Source: Pelomyxa schiedti (Eukaryota > Protista > Evosea). From it: a stretch of DNA of 64,000 bases. The position numbers and the translations under genes are program-made. The DNA lies in NCBI GenBank assembly GCA_020536535.1, contig JAHLWZ010000222.1:200828-264827 (forward strand), in the 5' to 3' direction. The notes beneath the pieces were generated by a model. That model saw nothing but the letters and a program-made list of their open reading frames with translations, did not search any database and had not been told where the DNA came from. The stretch's first letter is position 1. Every line of letters starts with the position of its first letter. Of the stretch, positions 28,170 to 40,977 are shown piece after piece.

Positions 28170-30255
28170 ATGAGTTCGTCGTCACTACTATTGGCACTGA
28201 GGTACAGGGACATCGATGCCAGGTCTCCAGTATTTTTCATTGTTCCCATCCAACAAAACTCAAAACCACTAGGTTTCTCCGTGAGGCAAAGCAATTCCTG
28301 GCATCCTCGGATAATTCTTCGTGCTTGACCCTAATTAGCCCCTCGGCATCAGAGCCCATCACAACAGCAACAACATCTTCCACAACATCCACGACTGGAT
28401 CCAGTTGCTCCTCCGCCCATAATGCCACCGCGGCTGCATCTGGTACCTCCCTATTTGCGCCCCCAACTCGAAATTTATCTGCCGTTGTGAACCAGGTTCC
28501 AAGCCCAACCGGGTTTTTGAGTTTGCTTTCAATCACGAACCGGCACAGTACTGCGCATGTGGCCGCCGTTGGCAGTGGAAGTTGGATTTCTCCCGTGAAC
28601 CTTTTCAGGTGACTCCCATGAGTGCGCATTGTCAGCAGTGCAGTGCACCTATAACAAAGTGGTGCTCGGACGTTCAGGCGTTTGCTGCCACACACGTTGA
28701 AATAACTGATATCCTGGACAAGGCTTGTTCATTTTTCTTGAACGACTACAAGCACGCCGTATGTTTAGCCACGCAATGCAGTTCATTCTTTTAGTGCTGA
28801 TTTTTACTTTTCCTGAAGATTTGGGAGGATGCAACAACCACAACTGCTCCAGTTTCTTCACCTGAGCCAAAAGGGAAAGTACCACCTGCTTCCACGGCTT
28901 CAAAGTGCTTCTTTTCTTTGGGTTCTCGCATTTCTCAATTTTATCCTACTCCAGTCAAGCTCCTGATCCACTTGTATCGAAGTGCCGACTGTGCTGTAGA
29001 CAGTTTGACGCTGCAGTAATAGGAAAAACATACCCACCAAAAGTGACATCTCCAAACAAGCGGATAGTGTATGGCATGAGCTGCGCAAAGCCGCATCAAG
29101 GAATAATCACATTCACGAGGTAGTTCCTTATATGTAGAAAATCCAGTCTCCATTTTTAATGCCTCCAGGTGGAGAGCCATGTCTCTTCAGTCAGCGTACA
29201 AAATAACACATCCCACTCTGTCACCTAGCCTCGATTTTAGTGGAACACTGCTCAACTGTGTGGATGGTGCTTTCTTGTATGAGCCGGTTGATCCAAACTC
29301 AAACATAGTTCCATGGTTATACCGACTTTCGAAATGTTTACGTTTACCCATTGATCAGGCATATGAACTTTGCCGACAAACAGCTCTTTGGATTTTATGG
29401 CGGATCTCTCTTTGCGCAGGATGAAATGCAGGTTGTTCTCTACTGTTTAGGTTTTCTCCAACAGCTGCAACAGGTCGCAGAGCACCCCATTCTTGCATCC
29501 CTGCGAGCTGCTCTTCTTGCCTGTCCCGATGAATTGTGCAAGCCTATAACCTCAAATGCTTCCCAACCCACACCATGTGCCATTCGGGGTGCTGAACGCC
29601 GGGTGCACATTGCAATAGAGCCAAATACTTCTCTTGGCCGTCCCAACGGGTTGTACGGGCACCAATTTGGACAGGCACCAGCAAATGTAGTTACAGAGGC
29701 GTGTACACTTTTGTCTCCTCCAACTATCTCAAATATTCTTGCCATGGAAGCCCCCAAGTAAGTTACTGTACTTCTTCTGCAGTTCCCAATTAATTACCTA
29801 GATTCGGCAAAGGGGCATACACATTATCTCAGCTGAACTTCATCTTGCAAACAGCTTACACGGGATATAAAGCAGCTGTTCTCGAATCCAAAGCTTATAT
29901 GTTAGAACAGGGAAAATCCACCACCGAGCCATTTGTTTGCCCTCCCACTTTACCACAAAGTCCTAACCCAAAAAAGGTTGTGATGCACACTGGTGGATGG
30001 GGAACAGGAGCCTTTGGCGGCAACAAGGTTGTTATGACTCTGATGCAAGTCATTGCAGCCGCGTTTGCTGGAGTTGGCCAAATTATGTTCCACTGTTTTG
30101 ATAACAGTGGCAGGGATGCCTTCACGGAAGCAGTCTCTATTCTGGAAACTGTGATCCCTCCCATTACCAACAGCAACCACCAAGTTCCAGTTTCTTCCTT
30201 GTTGAATGCAATCCAGGCTCTGGGTTTATTGTGGGGCCAAACAGATGGCAACTAA
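28170..30255 (+). CDS. Divergent poly(ADP-ribose) glycohydrolase-like macrodomain protein
   Basis: WHMNFADKQLFGFYGGSLFAQDEMQ|VAEHP aligns with the PARG DFAN..GGG..QEE loop. HTGGWGTGAFGGNKVVMTLMQVIAA aligns with PARG TGNWGCGAFGGD....LIQ.LAA. Confidence 0.75.
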
Positions 30256-30375
30256 GAATTCTTAAAAAAAACTTAATTTCTGCGTTGAAGGGACTGTACA
30301 CAAGGAATTTGTTTGTTTTTAAGAAACTCTTCTGGTGTGGAGCTTCTGGTGTTTTTTAGGAATGCGGCAATGCAT

Positions 30376-31177
30376 CTAGTGCTTATCTGCTGGCCGTTTT
30401 CGTTTCCTTGGTATTGGTTCCTCTGGTGTGGTTGGTTTTTCTTGTTTTATTTTTCTTGTGGTTGATTTTGGCTCTGATTTGATTTTTGGTGATTTGGTTG
30501 TGGTGGATGTAGTTGTGGATGATGCTTTTTGCTTTTGCAAGAGCTTGGCATGGTCCTGTGCTACCTGATTAGCCAGTTTTGACTTGGCGATTTTCTTGAG
30601 CTTCATTTTCTTTGGGCTCTTGTCAGCAGTCCCATTCTTCACCTTCTCCGCAAGCAATTTCTTCTTCCTGAGGGTTCTGGCCTTGTCCTTCCTCCGCTTT
30701 AGTATTTTTCTGTGCCACTCCATTTTCTTCAAGCTCGTAGGAGCTTTGTAGGGGGGAAGAACTGGGTTGAGGTCGGGAACGTGGGCCGGCAGGATTTTCT
30801 GGCCCAGCTTGGGGTTCTTCTTCACTTGCTCCATTAGAATCGTGTGAACGGGGCGTGGTTCTTTGGCCTCAATCGCGGCCTTGAGGTCTTTGAGCTTTTT
30901 TGTTGGTGGTTGCTTTGTGGGTGTCACTGCATATTTCCAGTGGAATCATCGAGTATGAACAGAACCAAAAAAAAAAACAAAAAAAAATGCAAGTGAGACA
31001 AGGTCATAACCCTCACCATGAAAATGGGGGGGGAAGGATACCGTGGCGTAGACCGAGCATTGTCTTTTGACAAGCAGCCCACACTTGTTCCTGCCTTGCT
31101 GCCCACACACCAGCCACCCTGGCCTTCATAATTCTCTTGTTGTTTTGGCTCGAAGTCGAGCAATTGGCCTTGCCCAT
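30376..31177 (-). CDS. Lys-rich basic hypothetical protein (probably nuclear/nucleolar)
   Basis: 183-aa K-rich exon plus an inferred first exon from ATG 31177 joined by a phase-1 intron (30927-31041). Confidence 0.55.
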
Positions 31178-31462
31178 TTCCGAAAATAGTGTCGCCTGTC
31201 TGTCGTGGGGGGGCTGGGTGTGATGTCTACGAAGAGCGAGGTGTCGCTTGTTGTGGGCGATTCGGCCGCAGCACCTTTAATAAAGAATGTGCAACTGAAA
31301 GGAAAAAAGGAAATTTTTTTTTTTTATTTCAATAAACGTTTTTTGTTTTATCTATTAGGGGTGCGGAACGTGAAGAAGCGGGTTGGGTGTATTTTGAACA
31401 TGGGCGGTATAATGTCTCCATTAGACCGGTTTGCGTTTGGCATTCACAAGCGGTGAGCGGGA

Positions 31463-34022
31463 CTACATCTTCTTGTTGGAATAGAGAGTGGAGTGGCGGA
31501 ACCTAGTTCCTGATCTTAGGCTGTGGGGAGGTGCCTGTGCTGAGGTTGTGGTTCGAGGTGTTGTGTTTCTTAACTTCTTGGGTTCTGGTGGTTTGTAATC
31601 TTCTTCACTGTTTTCTGGGGAAAGTTCTGGATAGTGGCCGGACTCATACCCGTCATCTGTTGGAGGGATTGGTGTGCCTGAAGGTGATGATAAAGGGGGC
31701 CCTGTGGGCTTATCGGATTGGGGTGGTATTTCCTTTGCTGATGTTACCAGCAGCATTACTGGTGGTGATGGTAGAACTGGCTTCTTGGTCTTGTTGGGAT
31801 TAGGTTCATCTTCTGTGTCTGTGTCACTAGAGAGATTTGCGGTTCCGGCGGTTTTATCTGGATTTTTAGGAGAAGGTTCCGATCGTTGCCCTCTTGAGTG
31901 TCTCGGGACCGGGAGGCTTTGAAAGTCTGACACATCATCTTCATCAGAGTCTTCTGTAGATCTACGCCTACCATGGTTCCGTCTTCTTCGAGCTGCATGA
32001 GCCGCAGCAAGGGAAGCTGCTGCGCCCTCGTAGCTCAGAATTAGATCAAGCAAAGAGAGTCCAGTGGCAAGAGGCAGTGACACAGATTGTATATTAGATT
32101 GGTGTTTGATCTTCCACTGTGAAGTAGGTGAGTGGCTACAGAAAGTTGAAGATATGTAAGTACGTAAGTTACTCCACTCTCCTCAAATTTTCCAATAACA
32201 GTAGGTGCAGAGTCAGTATCCAAATTGGTGAAGGACTTTGAAGAGTTTACGTGTGCGAGAGGGGGATGCACCTCCGGTGCTGCGGAAGGTGCTGCGGAAG
32301 GGGCATTTGTGAATTCCTCTTGGGTAGGAGAGAGTTTGGACGATGAAGTAGAATGACGTCTGCGTTGGGAAGACGTCCACTCCTCGAAATCCGACTTTGC
32401 CCTTTCCTGAAGGCCATTCCATTGGTGAGTAGCCACCCACCGCAGACTATCGACGGCACGAAGGTAGCCGTTTTGTTCAAGTACGGAGAGTACACTTCCC
32501 AGGGCTTGGTTTCCAATGATTCCAAGATTGGGCCTTACAAGGCTGTTATGCAGTGGTAAAAGTTTTCTCGCCCTGATATTTTGTACAGTGATAGGAATAT
32601 CTCTGTCACGTCGTTAGTATTTATTTGGTGGAAGAAACGTGAAAGTACCTTGCCACACACTTATGAATTCCAACGATAAAAGCACACCAGGGATAGTGAA
32701 CTCCATAAATACAAGTGTTCCTCATTCCATTTATACCAGGAAAAGGTGTAGCGCCAACAGGTGAATTCTCATTCGTGTCAGTCTGTGATTCTGGGCTACT
32801 TCGTGAACTCTATTTAACCCAAGAATGAGTAGGCACAGGGAAAAAAGGGGAGGAATTCCCACGAACTGGTCCCAAAACAAAATTAATTTGCATGTGTGTG
32901 AATGTTCATTCGAGACACACATTATTCTGGTCAGTTGTGACAGGTAGCCTGCTTAAATTATCCGGTGAGGACATGGACTTTGAGCGATTGACCACGGCCG
33001 GTTCTATCCAAGTTGGTTTCTTGTTGTGAGTGTTGTCTCGAAGTGCACGGTGGCAACACTGAGTGAGTATGTCTGTGGGAATTTTTCGAACTGTCGCGAC
33101 ACGTGCGAAATTCCACTCAGATCTTTCTTTCCGGTTCTATGTGGCCACTTGTTTTCTAACTTGTTTTCTATTTCTTTCAACATATTACTAACCAGCTGTA
33201 GTGTGGGCGTTTGCACAGGGGGGAAGACAATGGGGGCCCGGATTGGTTCTGAATCTCATCTACGGTCTCCAGAGGTGCAGCAACTTGACCTGTGAATCTC
33301 GGAAGAAAGGAATACTTGTCAAGTTACAGGAAGTGCAGTCAGTTTTCTTCTCGGAATTTCCCTTTGATTTCATCAAAAAAACGCCCAACGGCAACCAGGC
33401 GATGTACCCTAGAGGCTCGATAAACTGGGGCTGAAGGAAATGGTGAACCACGGTTATCCAGTGGTTCAAGTTCTCGCCCTGATACTTTGGTGGTGACACC
33501 GGAGCTACCGTTGGCTTGGAGGCTCCGCTGTGCTCCCAGCCACCAGATACTTACTTATGGGCACGTACCCGAAGTTATTCGCGTATGTGGCGTTATACGG
33601 ATGCAACATTCCTTACAGCGTTTTGGCTCCGTGGTGATTCTGATTCTCACAATTGTTTTGGGTTCCGTTTCTCCTGCTGTGTCCTTTTGGAGTGATGTCC
33701 CTCTTACAACAACGGGCTGAGTACACGACTAAGGGCCATTTATGCACCAAAGTAGGAATACGTTTCTCCCCCAGAGAATATGTTTTTCCAGAACTTCAGT
33801 GGTTATTCTGACTCCGTAATGATTGTTAATGTGACTCCTAGTAAGCACTAATCTAGACACAGAAATTGACTTTCACGTGACGATGGCTGTTAAAACTGAG
33901 TCAAGTGTATTCTCCTTCCAAGAACAGTTCAGTGGGAACGCGAACACAAACCGGTGGTAAAAGATTCTCCCAGTAATGCACGGAACCAACGAGTAGAATA
34001 CCAAATAGAGACCAAGTGCCAT
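31463..34022 (-). CDS. Multi-exon hypothetical protein, candidate Hop1/HORMAD-like (HORMA + winged helix + disordered tail)
   Basis: Fragments IFYHRFVF, LNHWITVVHHFLQPQFI and SRQFEKFPQTYSL resemble HORMA motifs. ITVQNI...GNQALGSVLSVLEQNGYL resembles the ASY1/Hop1 winged helix. Exon joins at 33300-33600 are unresolved. Confidence 0.35.
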
Positions 34023-34593
34023 ACTGGAACACAGGTACCCAATAAACCCAAAACCACTGAACATCACACAGGGAAAAAAATATGGAACTTGTGTACCTAT
34101 TGTGGTTCTGAAGATTTCAATCGGGACTGCCTTCTGACAGAAACCTTCCCGGCACCGACTTCCCCCGGGTTCGTGTGTCCGAAAAAGGAAGCAAACTGGG
34201 CCGGTGCTTTGGGCTTTGATTTTTCTATTCCGCTAACTCAACAGAATTTCCGACTAAGGAAAGTTCAATTACTAAAAAATACGGTTACGCAAAACGTCTT
34301 GCAAACAAAGCAAAAGGTTGTCAACCGTTATGTTTTCCCAGGAGAAATAACCAACCAGCGAAACACCCGCTATTTTTAAAAAATAAACCAACAAGCGAAG
34401 TCGGTACGTTTTTTTTCCTGTTGTGGTCTTTGTCATTTTGTGTGACAACAAAACAAAAAAAGCCCGCGACAACAAAAAAAAACCAACGGACACGCATAGA
34501 AAGCTTCATCAGTGAGAGGGCACTTGAGTCCCTCCTTCCTCGTTGATTTACCTCGCCCATAATAACGGTTCTCTGGGTGGACTCTCTCAACAT

Positions 34594-37500
34594 ATGACCT
34601 CATCCTCCCTCACTAGTACAGTGTGGTCGTCCCCTGGTGCTACTCGACGTACCCCATCCCCAGGTGGGGGTGGGTCTGCCTCAGTCTCGTCACCCCCTCT
34701 GCCCTCAGGCCACACATCAACATCAACAACTGCAACATCAACATCAACAACGGTCACTTCAATAGGCACGAACCACCCCAAACAACTCAACAACCACAAT
34801 ATCGGCAACTGGAATGTTGTTGGTTCCGAAAATGTACAATCACAAACTACAGCACAAATGTCAGTCCCTATTATGGGACCCTATGTGATTCCCCAGATGT
34901 CACTCATGGAACAACTGCCCCCAATTCAGCAGCAAGGTCCCATAATGAGCCACTACCTCCTCCAGCAACAACAAAGACAGCAGCAGCAACAACAATCCCA
35001 GGTTATGATGAACCCACAACAATACCAGCAGCACAGTGAGCAGCAGAAGCAAATCATGGGAGAAAACACCAACAACACTGTGACATCACCACGAGGCGTG
35101 GATGGTTCTCAAACAATCACATCTCCACGTGCTTTCAATGCCCATGCTCCGGCATACATTCCCGTAAGTGTGGCAAAATCTCAGGCATCAAAAGTTGCAT
35201 CTGCCGGCGGATTAGTAGATTCACCTAGTATGGGTTCGGGTCCTGCCAATTCTGGAGGAACGAATTCCTCACATGGCATATTACACCTCAACATGACCAC
35301 TCCACTGACACTGAGCGGTCTGGGTACCCAAAAGAACATGAGTATTGTTCTTTCCCCTTTAAACGCCAGCGTCACATCACCGAGGAATGCATCTACTACT
35401 TCACCACGAAACTTGCCAACAACATCCCCCAGGACCAATTCAATGGTATCCCCGAGGGTTCCGACACTGTCCTCACCAAGGACACTTAATCCCTCATCTC
35501 CAAGCTACACTCCTCCTGGTTCCCCGGGATCTTCTTACCTTCAATCTGTACCATACACACCTTACACAGTGCCTAAGAATGAGTGCCCAATGCGTATTGA
35601 GAGTGAATACCAACCTCCAATCGAGGGGTATTACGAGGACAATTTCCTTAGTGACAGCGATTACCAAGAGACACCGAGATCAAGGAGAGCAAATTTAAGT
35701 CCAAATTTAGACAGTGACGTGTCATCACCAAGAGAATATATCCCTGAAGTTAGTATAGATGAAGATGATGCTGCCATCTCAGATGACCGCTCCGCTGATT
35801 TGAATGGCTATGGCTTCTCCAATCCAGGGGCATGGCAGGATACTAACCATTTTCGACCTGAGCACCATTTGGAAGCCCGTAGAACTGAAACCTGTTACCA
35901 AGAATCCGTTCAGCTTCTTGAAAACGGTTTAGATGCATTAAATCTTCTTGATGAACAAGAGTATGCGGACCTTACCCTGCTTTTTTTTAATCCAAATTCA
36001 GAAGCACTGATGGAACACTCAATGACCACAACTCAATCGATATGGGCTTGTGGGGCAGCACTACCAAGCCCTTGGACCCGCACCAAGTAGCTTTTACCGA
36101 AGAGAATTCATTTTATAGTCTCCCACTTTTACCTAAGAGTCCCTCTGCCCCATTCATACAAACGTCACCGGCCACACTATCCAAGTCCACACTTCGAAAG
36201 CAGTCCTCATTTCCCCTTCCCACATATCGACACAGTAATGCGCCAGGATCCCCGACCTCGAATAGTCCTGCAATTGGTCAGAATTCACCTACCATGGCTG
36301 GAAGTATCCCGTCTACTGGTTCCCCGCCTCTCCAATTACCTCTTCCTCTCACTTCTCAGTTGTCACAAGAGCAAGATGTACGTGCCACCAGAGTTTCCCG
36401 CAGTCTTCCATCCACTTCAACTTTTATCCAACAGTTCCTACTGAAAGAGGCCCAAACAATTGTTACGGACGAAATGAAAGCACAATATGAGCCCGATCAA
36501 GGCCAAGCTGCAATTGTGGGAACAGAAATGGAAAATAACGACCAAGAAAACAACTCCTTTTCCTACTTCAGTGGATTTCAACCTCCTACCACACGGACAC
36601 CACCATTGATGCCGCATCCCTACCCAGCAATTGCGCGAGCACACTCTGCAGATAACCTTTTGTCCCCACCATCGCCTCCGGTTGTACCAAACTGTTTTAC
36701 ACCACCACTTGCACAAACCCCGACATCTTATAGTTTGCCACGGTTACAGTTCGTTCCCCAAGGAAACTCAAATGTTGGAAAATCATCTCCGCCTCCCTCC
36801 CTATCTCCAAGATCCCAAGAACAACAAACATACAAACCCCCACAGATGTCTCCTCGTTCCCAAGATCCTTCAACCAAGTTTGCTCAGAGTTCCCCACGTG
36901 GTGAACAAGCAGTACCCTACAAACTACCGTTATCGTCTCCACGATCAGTAGACCCACTCACTGGTTACAAACTTCAAATCTCACCAAGGTATGCTGAGCA
37001 CAACAAGTTATCTCCCCGTTCAATGGATCCATCGTCCTATAGAGCACCTCTTTGTAGTCCAGAACAGGTTCCGCAAACTCTTCCTAAAAATCAGTTGTCT
37101 CCTGAGCAAATCTCTTGGCAACAAAGATCACCTAGAGGCACAAATGAAATCTACAAGCCCCCGCCAGTGTCTCCTCGGTCTGTGGTAGAGCCACAAATGT
37201 ACAAATCTCCGGATGCACTTCACGCAGTTGAGATGCCTCAACATTTGCATGACCAACCATCCATTTTGGGGCAACACTCTCCCCGTGGAGAACAGCAACA
37301 ACCGCAGATTTCACCAAGACAACCACATATCAACTCCCCTACTGTACAATCGCCGCCACTTGGCCCAGCTTCTTCTCCACCTCCCACTCAAAGAAATCGC
37401 TATTACACACTAGACTTGTCTCATCAACCTTATGATCTCCCCCTTTTACCTCCTCCAAATGGATCGTTGCCTCTTTCTCAAGATCAAAAGCAGTTTACAC

Positions 37501-40020
37501 CAGGAATCAACCCTGGGATTACCTCCCCAAGGGGGTGCTTCATTCCGCAAGTAACGAGTATGGTGTAGTCCACTTGAAATATGAATTTAACACTTTCCAG
37601 ATGCACCAGCAAGCATATACAATGAAGAATCATCCATGAACCAAAATAAACGAGGTGAATTGGTGGAAAGTCCTACCTCGCGATTGACATACAAAATGTT
37701 TTACCGCAAGTTTAAGCAAACAGAAAAAGATGAGGGACTGAAGGCGGCAGTTAATTTTGCTTTGAGGCATCTTATCACTCTTCCTCACAAAGTGCACTGG
37801 CGTGTATATCTTGAAATGGCTGACATGGCTAAGCGTGAAAATGTACTGGAGGAAGCAAGAGATTACTATGAAAAAGTAACTCAGTTGCAACCATATGCTA
37901 GCCAAGGATGGCTGGAGTATGCAAAAATGGAAGAAGAGTGTGGCAAAGTGGAAGCTTGTCGAGTAAGCTCCTCCCGTTAAGATTCATTCCAGTAATCCCC
38001 ATTGGCAGTGTATTCTCGCGCGGGGACTTAACCACTGCTCATATAATGAAAGCTTAATGTTAAAGGCAATAAAACTTGAAGAAAAACTTGGAAATCTTGA
38101 CGCTGCTCGTGCTCTCCTCTCTCGAGTGAAGTAGGCTTATTTTTTCTTGTTGCCCATTCTTATCAACACAGGCACTTTCCGGTGGAAAAGACTTGGAAAA
38201 CAATGCTGGAGGGTGCTCTTCTGGAAGCTAGAAATGGCAATATCGGTCTGGCTCGTCACATTTTCAAAGTTTCATTGTCACATTTGGTACTTTCTCTTAC
38301 ATAGAATAGTATCTGATCAGGCATGCTCCTTGGTTTGGACCTATTTATCAAGAAGCATACCGATTCGAGGAGAAGTATGAATCCTATGACCGAGCCGTAG
38401 CAATAGTAGAGACTGGATTAAAGCAATGCACACGGTAGTTACGTAATTGCCCTTTTCTCGCTTACTTATTCAAAGATATGGGCCACTTTGGTTTTCAGCA
38501 CTAAGGATTCATGAAAAAATTTCCAAAGGGAATTTGGAAAAAACTCGCCAAATTGTTGAACGAGCTGTTCAGCAAATATCCAAGGTTCGACAACCTAGTG
38601 CTTACTCTTAGATTGACGTGTCATCTTAGGAATTGGTCTGGAAGATTTACTTTGAGGCTGCCCAGATAGAAGACAGAGCAGGCAACATTGACAAAGCTAG
38701 GGATATGTACGTCCGCGCTGTTTACACCTGTCCGGAAAATTTGTTGTGGAAAGTATGGCTTGGAGGTATGAATGAACGCACTGACAGCTGTAATTACCCA
38801 CGATACAGGGGCGAGAACTGAGCTTGGGGTGGACGGCGTTCTTGTTGCTCGGATGCTTGTGAGACGTGCGTTACAGGAAGTACCCCTAAAAATGCGCCCA
38901 ACGGTACTACTGGATAAATCGAGACTCGAAGAATATGCAGGGGATATTGAAGCAGCTAGAGGTATCCTTTTCAATGCAAGGAAGGAATCCTCCCACGAAT
39001 GGAAGGTACCCCATATGCTCAGATTTTGAGTGCTATTTGTGCAAGCTAACAGACGTGAAAGGTTTTCCTAGAGAGTGTACTTTTAGAAATACGTGCTGGA
39101 AATATACCGGGAGCTATACTTGCAGTGAAAGAGGCACTGAAAGTAGAATCACCCTTCTCCCCTTGAAAGGAAATAAATGCCCCTCCTAGATCCACACTGC
39201 CACTGGGCGTCTGTGGGCTGTATTTATACAACTGAAGCAACCATGCGGAAGTGAAGCCCAAATGAAGGTGTTTCAGAAAGCACTTCGTGAGGTATCTTTT
39301 TTACCACTTTTTTTTTTGCTCAGGCAAATATCTCAAGGTACCCAAGTCGGGTGAAGTATGGTGTGAGGGGGCAAGAATATATCTTTCTCAAAACGACTTC
39401 AAGGAAGCTAAAAAGTAGTGATCCACTAGCTTTATACCCTTTTAAACATCCAAAAGGGCACTCAAATTTGCCATACAATTCACGCCTCAATATGGTGACT
39501 CATTTATTGAATGTCTCCATAGAAAGATACTCTGTAAAGGTATATCATGCGATACACGTGGGATAGAACAGGTACAGAACTCTCCGATTTCTTCCGGTCA
39601 TCTTATTTCTGGAAGAGGTGCATAAACGCAGAACCCAACTATGGACCAATGTGGTTGCACTGCAAAATCCACCCTCTTGATTCCTCAAGACAGGTCCTGC
39701 GCACAGCAAAACAACTTCTTATCACAGCTCTCGCAGACAAGGGCCCTGGTCTCAGTGCTAGCAGCCCTGGTTTGCCCAGTTCACCCCTCATCAACCAGCA
39801 TGAATATAGCACCAGTGCACCTTCTCAACCTTCGATTCTTACTGCAAGTCCAACTTCAAATGCCTCCGGAAATGTAAATGGCAATGAAGCATCACCCCCA
39901 AAAGGCGATGATAACCCAGTTTGCTTATTCAATCTCAACGCAATCCACCAGTGCCACAGTGGCACAAAGGCTACTGATCGCCGGAAACTCATTTTTGGAT
40001 CAGATCAGATAAAGCCATGA
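34594..40020 (+). CDS. Large HAT/TPR-repeat protein with ~1000-aa S/P/Q-rich disordered N-terminus
   Basis: Two long exons joined by a phase-2 intron near 35961-36001, then HAT repeats (VHWRVYLEMADMAKR, QGWLEYAKMEEE, LVWKIYFEAAQIEDR, LLWKVWLGG, CINAEPNYGPMWLHCK). Confidence 0.85.
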
Positions 40021-40061
40021 GAGGATCCCGGCAGTGAAAAAACAAGTATCTTCCCAATTTT

Positions 40062-40977
40062 TCAGCCTAGCACCAACGCAATAGGATTAGACTGTAGAGG
40101 AAATAAAGAGATAGAACAAGCCCTGACTGTTTCATACCGCACTTCCCCAGCAAACAGCTGAATATGTGTAACGATAATATCTGTTGGAGATGTAAATGAA
40201 ACAGCTATAGGAATGTGGAGCTTCTGGGGTGGGGATAAAGAAACCACCCCAATTTGTAAAGATTGGTTTTTGTGTAACAGAAAAATTTTTGTCTGTCTCT
40301 GCGGAATCGCACCCTAATTTATTTTTAGCTCATAACTGGCTTTGCCCATAAGTACATGTGGGGAAAAAACGCTAGACTGAAAAGAGGATCCCGCGGGCTT
40401 ATTTTCCGTGGTGCCGTTGTTGCAGTGCTCCATCGTTTTCTAAACAAATGTCCACTTTTCTGATATACATGAAGAACACAACTGCCAACAACAAAACAAT
40501 ATTTGATCAGACACTGTTGTGCCGAGATCAAGCAAGCAACGCAAACACCACATTTTTTTTCCCCCGAATGCGCAGTCATATTTGTAGGTTTGTGAAAGAA
40601 GCAGTTGTGATTTCTTACTTTCCAGTTCCTTCATTCAGTTTGTTAATGACCCACTGGTGTGGTTTTTCATTAATCACACATCATGTCCAAAGGAAAAGGA
40701 AAATGTCAGCAAATGCCTTATCTCACGAGTGCCTGAAGAACCTTTACAATCAAATAAACATCACAAATGAAACAAACATTGAAAATCAAGCTGGCTGTCG
40801 CCTGGCTTGCGCTTGTGTCTTCTGTTTGTGAAGGTTGGTTCTCTTCTCCCTAAAAAGAAAGAACAGCTAGTTTACCGCGTGGGCTTGCGCACAGGAAGAC
40901 GGCGAAGATCAAGAAGGCGACACGTCATTGTTGGGTGTTCTTGCTGAACACTGCGCGGCAATGGCCTTGTACGCCAT
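40062..40977 (-). CDS. Possible small multi-exon hypothetical gene
   Basis: ATG 40977 and several in-phase GT-AG joins (NND|GEENQPSQ...IFN|VLQAL|WVINKLNEGTGK). A beta-rich last ORF stops 42 nt from the convergent HAT gene stop. Middle exons unresolved. Confidence 0.3.

Noticed and set aside
33954-34379. 141-aa plus-strand ORF with CTYCGS zinc-ribbon-like motif
   Set aside because: It has only a GTG start, overlaps the inferred 5' end of the minus-strand gene, and has no second Cys pair at a convincing spacing.
40900-40977. In-frame TGA in a short minus-strand ORF as possible selenocysteine
   Set aside because: The TGA falls inside a plausible gtgtcg...ttttag intron, with no selenoprotein motif and no identifiable SECIS.
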